Assembly (NCBI GenBank): GCA_944389065.1
Contig: CALXKZ010000025.1
Coordinates: 1,275-65,274 of the forward strand
Direction: 5' to 3'
Source of the DNA: an uncultured Spirochaetaceae bacterium
GTDB lineage: Bacteria > Spirochaetota > Spirochaetia > Sphaerochaetales > Sphaerochaetaceae
Length of the DNA stretch: 64,000 nucleotides
Under the pieces are notes generated by a model. It saw only the letters and a list, made by a program, of their open reading frames with translations. It had not been told where the DNA came from and searched no databases. The position numbers and the translations under genes are program-made. This document shows positions 8,337 to 19,874 of this stretch, in pieces. The stretch's first letter is position 1; every line of letters starts with the position of its first letter.

Positions 8337-8864
8337 ATGAGAGAGATTGAACTGAAGGCCCATGCCTCTGCATCTGTCAAAGAGCGGATCGACTCTCTTT
8401 TCGGCGAGGGAAAGGAAGTCCACAAGCTTGACCATTATCTTCGTTGGCCAGGTGTGGAGATACAGGCTATGCGTATCAGATCCTATAAAGGGATCATCGA
8501 AATGACATGCAAGAAGACCATGCGTGATGCACTTGGGGAGAACAACTCCGAATATGAATTCCAGGCTCCTTCCGGGCAGCTTGATGATGCTGTCCGTTTC
8601 TTCCATGCGCTTGGACTGGAGGATTTCTTCATCAAGAAGAAGGATGGCTGGGAATGGCATTCCGGACGGGCGCACATAGAGCTTCTGGAAGTGAATGATC
8701 TCGGTTTTTTCATAGAGATCGAGATACTTCTTCCTTTCGATGCAGTCCCTGAAGAGATAGAGGATGCGGGAGAGCATATCCATCGGATTCTGAATGAATG
8801 CGGTGTGGGTGAGGATTCAATCGAGACCAGATCCTACCGTGAGATGATACTTAGCAGGGGGTGA
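8337..8864 (+). CDS. CYTH-domain protein (CyaB-like class IV adenylyl cyclase / triphosphatase family)
   Basis: 175 aa with the N-terminal ExExK signature (MREIELK). Size and pattern are typical of CYTH domains. Confidence 0.7.
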   Translation: MREIELKAHASASVKERIDSLFGEGKEVHKLDHYLRWPGVEIQAMRIRSYKGIIEMTCKKTMRDALGENNSEYEFQAPSGQLDDAVRFFHALGLEDFFIKKKDGWEWHSGRAHIELLEVNDLGFFIEIEILLPFDAVPEEIEDAGEHIHRILNECGVGEDSIETRSYREMILSRG

Positions 8865-8866
8865 GC

Positions 8867-9142
8867 ATGGAGTTCAGAGCAAGCCATATACTGGTCAAGG
8901 ACCAGGCAACAGCAGAGCGCCTTTATGAGCGTGTGAGAAAGGGTGAGTCATTCCAGTCGCTTGCCCATCAGTATTCGACCTGTCCTTCAAAGGCAAAGGG
9001 AGGGGATCTCGGGTGGTTCGGAGAGGGGAAGATGGTAGCTCCTTTCGAGAATGCTGTAAGGAAGATGTCCGTCGGCTCTGTCTCAAAACCTGTGAAGACC
9101 CAGTTCGGATACCACATCATAAAGAAGACCGGTGTCAGATGA
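8867..9142 (+). CDS. ppiC: Parvulin-type peptidyl-prolyl cis-trans isomerase
   Basis: About 91 aa. ASHILV...[25 protein letters not shown]...GYHIIK is a classic PpiC/parvulin pattern. The ATG at 8867 is preferred over the GTG at 8861. Confidence 0.85.
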   Translation: MEFRASHILVKDQATAERLYERVRKGESFQSLAHQYSTCPSKAKGGDLGWFGEGKMVAPFENAVRKMSVGSVSKPVKTQFGYHIIKKTGVR

Positions 9143-9582
9143 AGAAGGTCACGATCTATACAGATGGCGCATGCTCTGGCAATCCCGGTCCTGGAGGATG
9201 GGGTGCGATCCTTTCCTATAATGGGCATATGAAGGAGATATCAGGAGGGGAGGAGGAGACTACGAACAACAGGATGGAGCTCCTTGCGGCAATCTCTGCG
9301 CTTGAGGCTCTTAAGGAACCCTGTGATGTCACCCTCTATTCCGATTCGAAATACCTTGTCGATTCAATCTCGAAAGGATGGGTGCATTCATGGGAGAAGG
9401 CAGGTTTCCAGAAAAAAGGGAAGGCTGTGCCGAACACAGATCTCTGGAAGCGCCTTCTTACGCTTATCCGTATGCACAGCGTGAGCTTTATATGGGTCAA
9501 AGGCCACAGCGCGAACGAGTTCAACAACAGATGCGATGAGCTTGCAGTTGCTCAGTGGAAGAGAATCAGGTCCAGCTTATAA
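9139..9582 (+). CDS. rnhA: Ribonuclease HI
   Basis: [25 protein letters not shown]...NNRMEL...[17 protein letters not shown]. The ATG overlaps the ppiC stop (ATGA). The tracked ORF 9013.. is an upstream extension. Confidence 0.9.
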   Translation: MKKVTIYTDGACSGNPGPGGWGAILSYNGHMKEISGGEEETTNNRMELLAAISALEALKEPCDVTLYSDSKYLVDSISKGWVHSWEKAGFQKKGKAVPNTDLWKRLLTLIRMHSVSFIWVKGHSANEFNNRCDELAVAQWKRIRSSL

Positions 9583-10192
9583 GACCTTCGCCTTTAAGGA
9601 TCCTCAGAGGATCGTACATGGAAGGAGGAATGCTCCAGGGTCTCTTTTCCATCTTCTCCGCGTCATCGCCATCACTGTCGATCGAGTCATAGAACTCACT
9701 GTATTCAGCCATGACTGAAAGCGCTTCGGGGTCATCCGGATCCCTTCTGATGATTTCCATGGCTGTGCTCTTGGCTTTATTGTCCATCCCGATATCCTGA
9801 TAGTACTGGGCAAGTATTCCCCTGATATCATTATTGCCTGGATCTTTCTCAAGTATGGACAGAAGCGTTCTCTCGAAGCTTGCCATCATGTTCTCTGCTC
9901 TGTATGCATAGGCTTTGAGATAGAGGAAGCGGAGCATTTCGGGATATTCCAAAAGCGCCTTGTCTGCTGTCTCTATTGCCTTCATATAATCTCCGGCTTC
10001 CAGATAGGAGTATGCAAGATTGTAGTAGAGCTTCTCGGAATCGGAGTGCTTCAGGCCTTCCTCATATACAGCAGCTGCCTCAAGCCCGGACAGCGGGTAT
10101 CCCTTTCTGAGATACGGATCGACATCCATGCTGCTGCATGCAGTGAGCGCCATAGCTGCGCATATAAGTATTGAGGATATCCTGCTGCCCAT
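9566..10192 (-). CDS. TPR-repeat lipoprotein
   Basis: Signal peptide with lipobox LTAC ([19 protein letters not shown]), followed by TPR-like repeats ([19 protein letters not shown]..). Confidence 0.65.
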   Translation of the reverse strand: MGSRISSILICAAMALTACSSMDVDPYLRKGYPLSGLEAAAVYEEGLKHSDSEKLYYNLAYSYLEAGDYMKAIETADKALLEYPEMLRFLYLKAYAYRAENMMASFERTLLSILEKDPGNNDIRGILAQYYQDIGMDNKAKSTAMEIIRRDPDDPEALSVMAEYSEFYDSIDSDGDDAEKMEKRPWSIPPSMYDPLRILKGEGLISWT

Positions 10193-10282
10193 AATGGAAT
10201 GTTACTCCAATGTGATGCGGCTAAGCAACAATGTGGATGATTATAATCGATTCATCTGCTATACTCACGGCGAGGTGAAAAT

Positions 10283-10912
10283 ATGAATATTGTGCTTTTG
10301 GGCCCTCCGGGGGCCGGCAAGGGAACGGTTGCAGCGCTTCTCAAGAAGGAGCTTGATGTGCCGCATATCTCAACTGGCGATATCTTCCGCGAGAACATCA
10401 AGAATGGGACTGATCTCGGAAAGAAGGTCGAGGCCATAATGGCTTCCGGCGGACTTGTTCCTGACGACGTCACATGTGAGATGGTACGTGACAGACTCAG
10501 GAAGGATGATACGTCCAATGGATATATCCTGGATGGATTCCCGAGGACCATTGCCCAGGCTGAGGCGCTTTCCGGAATCGATGATATCGACTATGTCCTC
10601 AACTTCGTTCTTGATGAGGAGGAGATTGTCAGAAGGCTTTCTGGCCGCCGCCTCTGCAAGTCTACAGGAAGGATCTACCATATCGTGACCAATCCTCCAA
10701 AGAAGGAAGGTATCGATGATGAGACAGGAGAGGCGCTTATCCAGCGTGATGATGATAAGCCAGAGGCTATCAGACATCGCCTTGAGGTCTATAAGGCTTC
10801 AACTGAGCCTCTGATCGGCTATTACAGGGAGAAAGGTCTTCTTGTGGATATCGATGCATCGGTATCTCCTGAGGAAGTTCTTGCATCGATCATGGGGAAA
10901 ATCGGACGCTGA
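10283..10912 (+). CDS. adk: Adenylate kinase
   Basis: P-loop GPPGAGKGT, then STGDIFR and GYILDGFPRT motifs. 209 aa. Confidence 0.95.
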   Translation: MNIVLLGPPGAGKGTVAALLKKELDVPHISTGDIFRENIKNGTDLGKKVEAIMASGGLVPDDVTCEMVRDRLRKDDTSNGYILDGFPRTIAQAEALSGIDDIDYVLNFVLDEEEIVRRLSGRRLCKSTGRIYHIVTNPPKKEGIDDETGEALIQRDDDKPEAIRHRLEVYKASTEPLIGYYREKGLLVDIDASVSPEEVLASIMGKIGR

Positions 10913-10930
10913 CCATATATCTGCCCTGGG

Positions 10931-10939
10931 TGCTATAAT
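10931..10939 (+). promoter_or_regulatory. Extended -10 element upstream of the GH13 gene
   Basis: TGCTATAAT (TGnTATAAT consensus) lies 18 nt upstream of the ATG at 10957. No good -35 is seen. Confidence 0.4.
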
Positions 10940-10956
10940 GTGCTCAGGGTATATTT

Positions 10957-12825
10957 ATGCTTGATATCAAGGTATTCTCTTCATTCTCAGATCTGTTCGT
11001 CTCGCCTCTGTTCCCTGAAAAGGGCACTGAGGTATCGCTGTCAGCTGCGTTCTCAGAGCCTCCGGAAGGAGTCATCCTCCGCGCAGATAGTCCCTCAGGC
11101 TATCTCTGGTCCTATCCGATGGCTGAGGATGGTACTGTCAATGGAGCAAGGCGCTATACCGCAAAGTGCCGCATCCCATTCTCAGATGAGCTTTTCCATT
11201 ACTTTTTTGTCTTCTTCTACCGAGGAAGGAGCTACTACTATTCATCCTGCGGGATTACAAGGAATGTTCCTCCCACTGCAGCTAGATTCTCTCTCATTCC
11301 ATCGCTTGATGCGCCTTCATGGGTAGCGTCTTCCACCTGCTATCAGATATTCCCTGACAGATTCAATAAAGGAGGGAATGCAGGAGTCAGCGCTGGAGAG
11401 TATGAGTATGATGGCTCCCGTGTGACAACGCCGCTCTGGGATGAGGAGCCAAAGCCGTTCGAATTCTCAAGGTGCCTTGATTTCTACAACGGTGATCTGA
11501 AGGGCATCGGAGATAAGGCCGGGTATCTGAAATCCATTGGCATCTCAGCTGTCTACCTCAATCCTGTAAATGATGCAAGGACGGTGCATCGTTATGACAG
11601 CGCCGATTTCTTCCATACCGATCCCAAGCTTGGAGGCGACAGCGCACTAGCCGCAATGATCAGTGTCCTCCATGACCATGGGATACGCGTTATCCTCGAT
11701 ATCTCTATCAACCATACTGGAATATGCTCAAAGTGGTATGAGAAGGCGCTTTCCGATCCTGAAAGCGAGGAGGCTTCATTCTATTCACACGATAAAGATG
11801 GCATCAGATTCTGGAATGGAGTGGGGACCCTTCCAGAGCTTGACTACAGATCTTCCAGGCTCCGTGATCTCATATACCGCAATCCAGATTCTGCCATGCA
11901 GAAGTTCATACGGCCTCCGTTCGGAATAGATGGATGGAGGCTTGATGTCGCTCCAGAGGTCGGAAGAAGCGGCGATGTGCAGATATCCCAGGAAGTATGG
12001 AGGGAGGTCAGGAGGTCGCTGAAGGCCATAAAGCACGATCTCTACCTTGTCGGAGAGGACTGGGATGACAGCCTTGAGTATCTTTCCGGTGATATGTGGG
12101 ATGGCACGATGAACTACTATGGAGCAGGAAGGATCATCAGAAGCTGGATGGGAGAAAGGGACAGATACCTTTCCGCGGGATGGGGCTTCGATCCGGAACG
12201 CGAGGCTGAATGGAGCGGGGAGGAGACTGCAAAGGCTCTTGCGATGGCTGTCAGCTCGCTTCCTTCCCAGATGCCTTTCTTCCAGATGAATCTCTTTGAT
12301 TCCCATGACACTCCAAGGCTCCATTCCAATGCTGCGATCATGGATAGCACAATATACCATGGTGCTGTGATAGCTCTGTTCCTGCTTCCCGGTATGCCAT
12401 CTATCTATTATGGAGATGAGATAGGGCTTCGTGGCAGGATGGGATCGCCAGAGGGCTCAAGGTATCCTATGCAGTGGGACGAGAAGAGCTGGGATATGGA
12501 GAGACTGGAACTGTATAGGACGATGGCGGCTATAAGGAAGATGGGTTTCCTTGCCTATTCCGCATTCTCCGTATCGGAGATAGACAGCGAAGCCTTTGCC
12601 ATCTACCGCATAGGAAGGGGAAAGGCAATTGTCGGTATAATAAACAGATGCCAGAGGGATCGTCATGTATCGATCGATGCATTCATGCTTCCAAAGGGGA
12701 GTTGTGCTGTCCTTTACGGCAATGCTGATGCATCTTTCTCCGACAGCCATATATCCGTTCATCTCAGAGCAAAGGAAAGCGCTGTCCTCTATATCGCCGA
12801 TACGACGCTTCCGGAGAGAAGCTGA
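10957..12825 (+). CDS. GH13 alpha-amylase-family glycoside hydrolase (neopullulanase / cyclomaltodextrinase / maltodextrin glucosidase-like)
   Basis: All four GH13 conserved regions are present: VILDISINHTG, GIDGWRLDVAPEV, YLVGEDWD and LFDSHDTPRL. No signal peptide is evident. Confidence 0.85.
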   Translation: MLDIKVFSSFSDLFVSPLFPEKGTEVSLSAAFSEPPEGVILRADSPSGYLWSYPMAEDGTVNGARRYTAKCRIPFSDELFHYFFVFFYRGRSYYYSSCGITRNVPPTAARFSLIPSLDAPSWVASSTCYQIFPDRFNKGGNAGVSAGEYEYDGSRVTTPLWDEEPKPFEFSRCLDFYNGDLKGIGDKAGYLKSIGISAVYLNPVNDARTVHRYDSADFFHTDPKLGGDSALAAMISVLHDHGIRVILDISINHTGICSKWYEKALSDPESEEASFYSHDKDGIRFWNGVGTLPELDYRSSRLRDLIYRNPDSAMQKFIRPPFGIDGWRLDVAPEVGRSGDVQISQEVWREVRRSLKAIKHDLYLVGEDWDDSLEYLSGDMWDGTMNYYGAGRIIRSWMGERDRYLSAGWGFDPEREAEWSGEETAKALAMAVSSLPSQMPFFQMNLFDSHDTPRLHSNAAIMDSTIYHGAVIALFLLPGMPSIYYGDEIGLRGRMGSPEGSRYPMQWDEKSWDMERLELYRTMAAIRKMGFLAYSAFSVSEIDSEAFAIYRIGRGKAIVGIINRCQRDRHVSIDAFMLPKGSCAVLYGNADASFSDSHISVHLRAKESAVLYIADTTLPERS

Positions 12826-12881
12826 GCTATTGCCTAAAAGCCTGCTTTGTGTGATAAATAATAGGCCAAGGAGAAAAATCC

Positions 12882-14390
12882 ATGGCCTATTTCTTTGATG
12901 AGCTTTCGCGTACTTTCAGCGAATACCTGCTCGTTCCCGGATATTCCTCTTCGGAATGCATTCCATCAAATGTATCGCTCAGGACACCTCTTGTGAAATT
13001 CAGGAAAGGAGAGGAGAGCGCAATATCGCTCAATATCCCGATGGTGAGCGCGATAATGCAATCTGTCTCTGGGGAACGCATGGGGGAAGCCCTTGCGAGG
13101 GAAGGCGGTGTTGCCTTCATATATGGTTCCCAGAGCGCGGAGAGCGAAGCTGAGATGATAAGGCGTGTAAAGGCCTATAAAGCAGGGTTCGTGGAGTCTG
13201 ACAGCAATCTGACACCTGACAGTACTCTCGGCGATGTGCTTGAGCTTACGAAGAGGACGGGGCATTCGACGATAGCGATCACAGCAGACGGAAGCGCTAC
13301 CGGCAGGCTTGAGGGAGTTGTGACGAGCAGGGATTACAGGATCAGCCGCATGACCGAGGACGAGAAGGTATCCTCATTCATGACCCCAGTATCGAAGATA
13401 ATCTATGGAAGGGAGGGGATAACCCTCTCGGAGGCCAATGACATAATCTGGGAGCATAAGCTCAATCAGCTTCCGATCCTCTCCGAAGACGGACATCTTG
13501 TCTCCTTTGTCTTCAGGAAGGACTATTCGACTCATAAGGAGAATCCCAATGAGCTTCTTGATTCCAGGAAGAGATACATAGTCGGAGCGGGAATCAACAC
13601 AAGGGATTATGAGAAGCGCGTACCGCTTCTTGTCGAAGCAGGAGCTGATGTCCTCTGCATCGATTCCTCAGAAGGATTCTCGGAGTGGCAGAAGCGCACT
13701 CTTTCCTGGATAAGGGAGAAGTATGGGGATTCCGTCAAGGTCGGAGCCGGGAATGTCGTCGACGGTGACGGATTCAGATTCCTTGCCGAGGCAGGAGCTG
13801 ATTTCATCAAGGTCGGAATCGGTGGCGGATCAATCTGCATTACCCGTGAGACCAAGGGAATAGGAAGAGGGCAGGCCTCTGCCCTGATCGATGTGGTCAA
13901 GGCACGCGATGAGTACTTTGAGAAGACTGGAATCTATATCCCTGTCTGCTCCGATGGAGGCATAGTCTTTGACTATCATATGACAATAGCTTTGGCGATG
14001 GGCGCGGATTTCGTGATGCTCGGCCGCTACTTTGCCAGATTCGATGAGTCTCCTTCAGCCCTGGTGAATATAAATGGCAACTATCTCAAGGAGTACTGGG
14101 GAGAAGGGTCCCAGAGAGCGAGGAACTGGCAGCGCTATGACCTAGGGGGAGACAGGAAGCTTTCTTTCCCTGAAGGGGTGGACTCCTACGTTCCATATGC
14201 CGGTTCTCTGAAGGATAATGTAGCCCTTACCATATCGAAGATAAAGTCGACGATGTGCAACTGCGGATCTCTTTCTCTTGCAGAGTTCAGGAAGAAGGCG
14301 CGGCTGACAATAGTCTCGCCTACATCGATCATCGAAGGCGGTGCGCATGATGTCATTCTCAAGGATAAGCTTCAGATGGATGTTAAGTGA
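12882..14390 (+). CDS. guaB: IMP dehydrogenase family protein with CBS pair
   Basis: 502 aa with catalytic-loop motif [12 protein letters not shown] and an inserted CBS-type segment. Resembles IMPDH overall. Confidence 0.75.
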   Translation: MAYFFDELSRTFSEYLLVPGYSSSECIPSNVSLRTPLVKFRKGEESAISLNIPMVSAIMQSVSGERMGEALAREGGVAFIYGSQSAESEAEMIRRVKAYKAGFVESDSNLTPDSTLGDVLELTKRTGHSTIAITADGSATGRLEGVVTSRDYRISRMTEDEKVSSFMTPVSKIIYGREGITLSEANDIIWEHKLNQLPILSEDGHLVSFVFRKDYSTHKENPNELLDSRKRYIVGAGINTRDYEKRVPLLVEAGADVLCIDSSEGFSEWQKRTLSWIREKYGDSVKVGAGNVVDGDGFRFLAEAGADFIKVGIGGGSICITRETKGIGRGQASALIDVVKARDEYFEKTGIYIPVCSDGGIVFDYHMTIALAMGADFVMLGRYFARFDESPSALVNINGNYLKEYWGEGSQRARNWQRYDLGGDRKLSFPEGVDSYVPYAGSLKDNVALTISKIKSTMCNCGSLSLAEFRKKARLTIVSPTSIIEGGAHDVILKDKLQMDVK

Positions 14391-14394
14391 CAAT

Positions 14395-14420
14395 ATACCT
14401 GTAAGGTATTATATTATTAG
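14395..14420 (+). terminator. Weak AU-rich hairpin directly after guaB
   Basis: Perfect palindrome ATACCT-GTA-AGGTAT (14395-14409) followed by TATATTATTA. The stem is short and AT-rich, so function is uncertain. Confidence 0.25.
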
Positions 14421-14478
14421 CTGATTGCCCTCAGTTGTCATTTTTCCTATAAAGTGATATCTTGCAGGAGTAATCTGA

Positions 14479-15531
<1,053 letters not shown>

Positions 15532-15566
15532 TCCAGATCCGGTGCTTTATGCCCGGGCATAGATAC

Positions 15567-15595
15567 GGGCCTGCCGGAAAGCAGGCCTGTTTTCA
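15567..15595 (+). terminator. Hairpin with U-tract between gap and pgk (partial terminator / attenuator)
   Basis: Stem GGCCTGC (15568-15574) / GCAGGCC (15581-15587), loop CGGAAA, tail TGTTTTC. It is preceded by the 12-bp palindrome ATGCCCGGGCAT (15549-15560). Confidence 0.5.
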
Positions 15596-15609
15596 TAAAG
15601 GAAGGAAAT

Positions 15610-16788
15610 ATGAAGCTGAATACTATCAATGAAGCGGATCTGAAGGGCAAGAGAGTCCTCATCCGCGTGGATTTCAATGTACCTCTCAAGAATGGTGCTG
15701 TCACCGATGCGACAAGAATCAAGGCTGCTCTTCCGACAATCAAGTACATCCTTGACAATGGCGCGTCACTTGTTGTCATGACCCATCTTGGACGTCCTAA
15801 GGGACAGAAGAACCCTGACTTCTCGCTTGCACCGGTTGCTGCAGAGTTCTCGAAGCTTCTCGGAAAGGAAGTGAAGCTTGCTCCGGATGTGATCGGACCA
15901 GAGGTCGAGAAGGAAGTCAAGGCTCTCCAGCCTGGTGAGGTTCTTCTTCTTGAGAATGTCAGATTCTACAAGGAAGAGGAGGGCAATGATCCTGAGTTCG
16001 CAAAGACTCTTGCCTCCTATGGTGATATCTACTGCAACGATGCATTCGGAACAGCACATCGCGCTCATGCATCCACAGAGGGTGTTTCCCACTATCTTCC
16101 TTCCTATGCTGGTTTCCTCATTGAGAAGGAAGTCAAGTTCATGGCTCCTCTTCTTGAGAATCCTGATAAGCCGTTTGTCGCAATCATCGGCGGATCGAAG
16201 GTATCTTCGAAGATCACAGTCCTTGAGTCTCTTGTCCGCACATGCGATACAGTCGTAATCGGCGGTGGAATGGCATACACATTCCTCAAGGTCCAGGGCC
16301 ACAAGATCGGTAAGTCGCTTGTTGAGGATGATTATCTCGAGACAGCTTCCTCATTCCTCAAGAAGGCCGCAGAGAAGGGTGTTGAGGTAATACTCCCCGT
16401 CGACCATGTCGCTGCAGCAGAGTTTGCAGAGACTGCAGAGCCTGTAGCAATCGATGGTGTTGATATCCCTGATGATCTCATGGGAATGGACATCGGAGCA
16501 AAGACGACTGAGAAGATCGTTGCTGCTGTGAAGGGTGCCAAGTCTGTCGTATGGAACGGTCCTATGGGAGTCTTCGAGTTCCCTGCATTCGCAAAGGGGA
16601 CTGAGGAGGTTGCAAAGGCACTTGCTGCATCCGATGCCACGACTGTCGTAGGCGGTGGAGACAGTGTAGCTGCAATCAACAAGTTCGGTCTTGCAGACAG
16701 GATCTCCCATGTATCCACAGGTGGTGGAGCTTCCCTTGAGTTCCTTGAGGGCAAGGAGCTTCCTGGAATCAAGGCACTGGAGAAATAA
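15610..16788 (+). CDS. pgk: Phosphoglycerate kinase
   Basis: [13 protein letters not shown]-terminal motif and full-length PGK pattern. 392 aa. Confidence 0.95.
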   Translation: MKLNTINEADLKGKRVLIRVDFNVPLKNGAVTDATRIKAALPTIKYILDNGASLVVMTHLGRPKGQKNPDFSLAPVAAEFSKLLGKEVKLAPDVIGPEVEKEVKALQPGEVLLLENVRFYKEEEGNDPEFAKTLASYGDIYCNDAFGTAHRAHASTEGVSHYLPSYAGFLIEKEVKFMAPLLENPDKPFVAIIGGSKVSSKITVLESLVRTCDTVVIGGGMAYTFLKVQGHKIGKSLVEDDYLETASSFLKKAAEKGVEVILPVDHVAAAEFAETAEPVAIDGVDIPDDLMGMDIGAKTTEKIVAAVKGAKSVVWNGPMGVFEFPAFAKGTEEVAKALAASDATTVVGGGDSVAAINKFGLADRISHVSTGGGASLEFLEGKELPGIKALEK

Positions 16789-16789
16789 T

Positions 16790-17548
16790 ATGAGAAGACC
16801 ATATATCGCAGGAAACTGGAAGATGAATCTCACTCCCTCCGAGGGAGCGAAGTATGCAGCATCCCTTGCTGAGGCTGTGAAGAAGGAAGCGCCTGATTGC
16901 CGTGTCATGATCGCGCCTTCCTTTGTGTCGATCCCCGCTGTTCTTGATGCAGTAAAGGGCTCTGATATCATCGTAGCTGCTCAGAACATGGCAAACCACC
17001 TTGCCGGTGCTTACACAGGTGAGGTCTCTCCTGAGATGCTTCTGGATCTCGGTGTGAAGACAGTCATCCTCGGACACAGCGAGAGAAGACAGTACTATGG
17101 CGAGACAGATGAGATCATCAACTCAAAGGTGCTCCTTGCTCTTTCCCTGAAGATGGATGTCGTTCTCTGCGTAGGAGAGACACTCGAGGAAAGAAAGTCC
17201 GGAAGGCTTGAGGAAGTGCTTAAGAGGCAGCTTGAGGTTGGACTCAAGGACGTGCTTGCTGAGGAGATGGAGCATATCACGATCGCTTATGAGCCTGTAT
17301 GGGCTATCGGAACAGGTGAGACGGCAACACCTGAGGATGCAGATGGCGCACATAGCTTCATCCGCTTCACTGTCGCATCTTTGTACTCTGATGATATTGC
17401 TAAAAATCTGATTATACAGTATGGTGGTTCCGTTAAGGCCGGTAATGTAAAGGCCCTGATGGCAAAGGAGAATGTCGATGGAGCGCTTGTCGGAGGTGCA
17501 TCTCTGACGCTCGAGCAGTTCCTGCCCATCATAACATACAGCAAGTAA
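16790..17548 (+). CDS. tpiA: Triose-phosphate isomerase
   Basis: MRRPYIAGNWKMN start, then GHSERR and IAYEPVWAIGTG motifs. The tracked ORF 16691.. is an upstream extension. The ATG follows the pgk stop by 1 nt. Confidence 0.95.
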   Translation: MRRPYIAGNWKMNLTPSEGAKYAASLAEAVKKEAPDCRVMIAPSFVSIPAVLDAVKGSDIIVAAQNMANHLAGAYTGEVSPEMLLDLGVKTVILGHSERRQYYGETDEIINSKVLLALSLKMDVVLCVGETLEERKSGRLEEVLKRQLEVGLKDVLAEEMEHITIAYEPVWAIGTGETATPEDADGAHSFIRFTVASLYSDDIAKNLIIQYGGSVKAGNVKALMAKENVDGALVGGASLTLEQFLPIITYSK

Positions 17549-17559
17549 TGGAGTAAGAG

Positions 17560-17907
17560 ATGAGTATTTTAGGTATCATACTGCTTGTGCTTTTCTGCAT
17601 AGTCGCTCTGCTTCTCATCTTCCTGGTAACTGTCCAGGATGAGAACAGTGTAGGTCTTGGCGGCATATTCGGAGGCGGATCAGAGTCCGCATTCGGATCC
17701 GGAACGTCATCGTTCATAACCAAGGCAACGACGACGCTGGCGATTGTATTCATGGTACTTTCGCTCGTTGTTGCTGTTGTGAACAAGACCAGCGATTCTG
17801 TCCCAGAAGCTGCAGCTGCAGCTGTTGAGACATCTGCTCCTGCAGAGAGCTGGGTTGATCAGGCAGCAGGCACAGAGGCTGGAACAGATACTGTTTCCGC
17901 ACAGTGA
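17560..17907 (+). CDS. secG: Preprotein translocase subunit SecG
   Basis: 115 aa with two TM helices flanking a Gly-rich loop (GLGGIFGGGSESAFGSG). It sits in the conserved position after tpiA. Confidence 0.8.
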   Translation: MSILGIILLVLFCIVALLLIFLVTVQDENSVGLGGIFGGGSESAFGSGTSSFITKATTTLAIVFMVLSLVVAVVNKTSDSVPEAAAAAVETSAPAESWVDQAAGTEAGTDTVSAQ

Positions 17908-17924
17908 TTCCTTTTATCCGGAAT

Positions 17925-17965
17925 GCCGGCTTCCCTTATGTGGCTAGCCGGCTTATATTTTCTTT
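17925..17965 (+). terminator. Intrinsic terminator after secG
   Basis: Stem GCCGGCT (17925-17931) / AGCCGGC (17946-17952) followed by TTATATTTTCTTT. Confidence 0.55.
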
Positions 17966-17980
17966 ATAGGAGGATAACGG

Positions 17981-18403
17981 ATGCAGGTTTGTATCCTTTA
18001 TGCTGGAAAGACACGCGAAAGCGAAAAGCTCAAGGCTGTTTCAGAAGCTCTTGCCAGGGGTATTGCCGGCAATGGCCATATAGCTGATGTAGTAAACATG
18101 CGTTCAGAGGATAGAAGGCTCACAATCTATGACTATATTGTCATAGGAACGGAGCCTGTTTCTTTTTTCTCTGCTTCTATTCCCGGTGATATCGCCAAGT
18201 ACCTTGCAGGTTCTGGTACAGTATCAGGGAAAAGATGCATGGCATTCGTCTCAGGAAGCGGAATGAGGAAAAACAGGACGCTTCTGAATCTCATGAAGAC
18301 AATGGAGAGCGAGGGAATGATCCTGAAGTTCTCAGAAGTGATAAACAAGCCTGATGAGGCACAGGCTGTCGGAAAGCGCCTCAATGTGGAAAGGAACTAC
18401 TGA
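17981..18403 (+). CDS. Small flavodoxin-fold-like protein, function unknown
   Basis: 140 aa. An alternating beta/alpha pattern (MQVCILYAGKT.., YDYIVIGTEP) suggests a flavodoxin-like fold. No confident family assignment. Confidence 0.35.
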   Translation: MQVCILYAGKTRESEKLKAVSEALARGIAGNGHIADVVNMRSEDRRLTIYDYIVIGTEPVSFFSASIPGDIAKYLAGSGTVSGKRCMAFVSGSGMRKNRTLLNLMKTMESEGMILKFSEVINKPDEAQAVGKRLNVERNY

Positions 18404-19443
18404 TGAAGAAATTTTATGCTCTTATCGTCATGCTGCTTATGGTCTTCTCCATCTCTGCAGCATCCATGATTTCCCAGCCTGCTGCTACGGTGAATCTCAT
18501 CCGTAACAGCGTAATCACAGTTGAGGATCTCAATGCCGAGGTTGAGAGATTCCAGAATGCAGGCATGCAGAATGTCACAGCACAGGATGTGCTTCAGACT
18601 ATGATCAATGATGAGGTCTTCCTGCAGGGAGCGGAGCGTGATGGCATCATAATCAATGACAGGCAGATCGATGCGCTCTACAGACAGGTCTTCAATAATG
18701 CTGTACAGCAGGCTGCTGCTGCCGGGCAGACTGTCACTGAGGATCAGTTCCAGGCAGAGGTGATCAGGCAGTTCGGGTCGATGGAGAACTACCGCCAGTC
18801 CCTGAAGAACCAGCAGATCCTGAATCTCTATCTGATGCAGGAAAGAGGTGAGGAGCTTCAGAATGTCACAGAGCCTTCGGAGAGCGATATCCAGAGCTTC
18901 TTCAGACAGAACCAGCAGACCTTCTTCCAGCCTGAGGCTGTGAAGCTTTCGCATATTTACATGGTGAAGACAGGAAACGCTGATGAGGATGCCCGGAAGA
19001 AAGCGGAACTGGAGGATGTGAGTGCGATGATTTCCTCTGGAGAGATCACATTCGAGAAGGCTGTACAGGAGTACAGTGAGGATGATGGTTCAAGAAACAA
19101 CGGAGGCGAGATCGGATGGCTCACGATAAACAATGCACAGGCAAGGCAGGGCTGGGGAGATGCATTCTGCGATGAGGTGATGCTTCTTGATGCCGGTGAT
19201 ATCTCTCCTGTGCTTGAGTCCAATACTGGATACCATATCGTAAAGGTATCTGTTCACAGCATGGGCAAGCTTCTCTCTCTTACCGATCCTGTATCTCCTG
19301 AGGATCCAACGACCGTGCATGACTACATCTACCAGATTCTCTATACGAGGAATTCGCAGATAGCCGCATCCCAGGCTCTGGAGTCACTGCTTGCTGAGCT
19401 CAGAGGGGAGGCAAGGATCAATATTCTTTACAAGGGCAACTGA
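18403..19443 (+). CDS. SurA/PrsA-like periplasmic peptidyl-prolyl isomerase (parvulin domain)
   Basis: Signal peptide, long helical chaperone-like N-region, then a parvulin core (GGEIGWLT...GYHIVKV). Confidence 0.7.
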   Translation: MKKFYALIVMLLMVFSISAASMISQPAATVNLIRNSVITVEDLNAEVERFQNAGMQNVTAQDVLQTMINDEVFLQGAERDGIIINDRQIDALYRQVFNNAVQQAAAAGQTVTEDQFQAEVIRQFGSMENYRQSLKNQQILNLYLMQERGEELQNVTEPSESDIQSFFRQNQQTFFQPEAVKLSHIYMVKTGNADEDARKKAELEDVSAMISSGEITFEKAVQEYSEDDGSRNNGGEIGWLTINNAQARQGWGDAFCDEVMLLDAGDISPVLESNTGYHIVKVSVHSMGKLLSLTDPVSPEDPTTVHDYIYQILYTRNSQIAASQALESLLAELRGEARINILYKGN

Positions 19444-19874
19444 TGAAAAGACACCGTGACAGGGAGATTGCGGTATCAACGCTTTACTCCCTAGATTTCA
19501 ATGGCAATCTCTCTCCGGAAGCGGAGTTCAATCCATTCCAGGGAATGAATGAAGAGGAGGTTGCCTCGCTTGATGAGGATGATAAGGTATTCATTCGCTT
19601 TCTGATCTACGGGACACTGGAGAATCTTGAAGGAATTGATGCCCTCATCTCTCAGTATTCGCTCAACAGGCCGATTGAGAAGATCGATCTTGTGGACAGG
19701 AATATCCTCCGCATAGCCTTCTATCAGCTTGCATTCTCACGTGATGTCCATCCTGCGATTGTCATCGATGAGGCTGTCAAGCTTTCCCAGGAGCTTTCCA
19801 ACGATGTCTCCTTCCGCTTCATCAACGGAATACTGGATGCATACAGAAAAGACTCAAGCAAGGAGGGGAAATGA
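19443..19874 (+). CDS. nusB: Transcription antitermination factor NusB
   Basis: 143 aa all-helical protein with a NusB-like pattern (REIAVSTLYSLDF..., VIDEAVKLSQELS..FINGILD). The start overlaps the upstream stop. Confidence 0.8.
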   Translation: MKRHRDREIAVSTLYSLDFNGNLSPEAEFNPFQGMNEEEVASLDEDDKVFIRFLIYGTLENLEGIDALISQYSLNRPIEKIDLVDRNILRIAFYQLAFSRDVHPAIVIDEAVKLSQELSNDVSFRFINGILDAYRKDSSKEGK

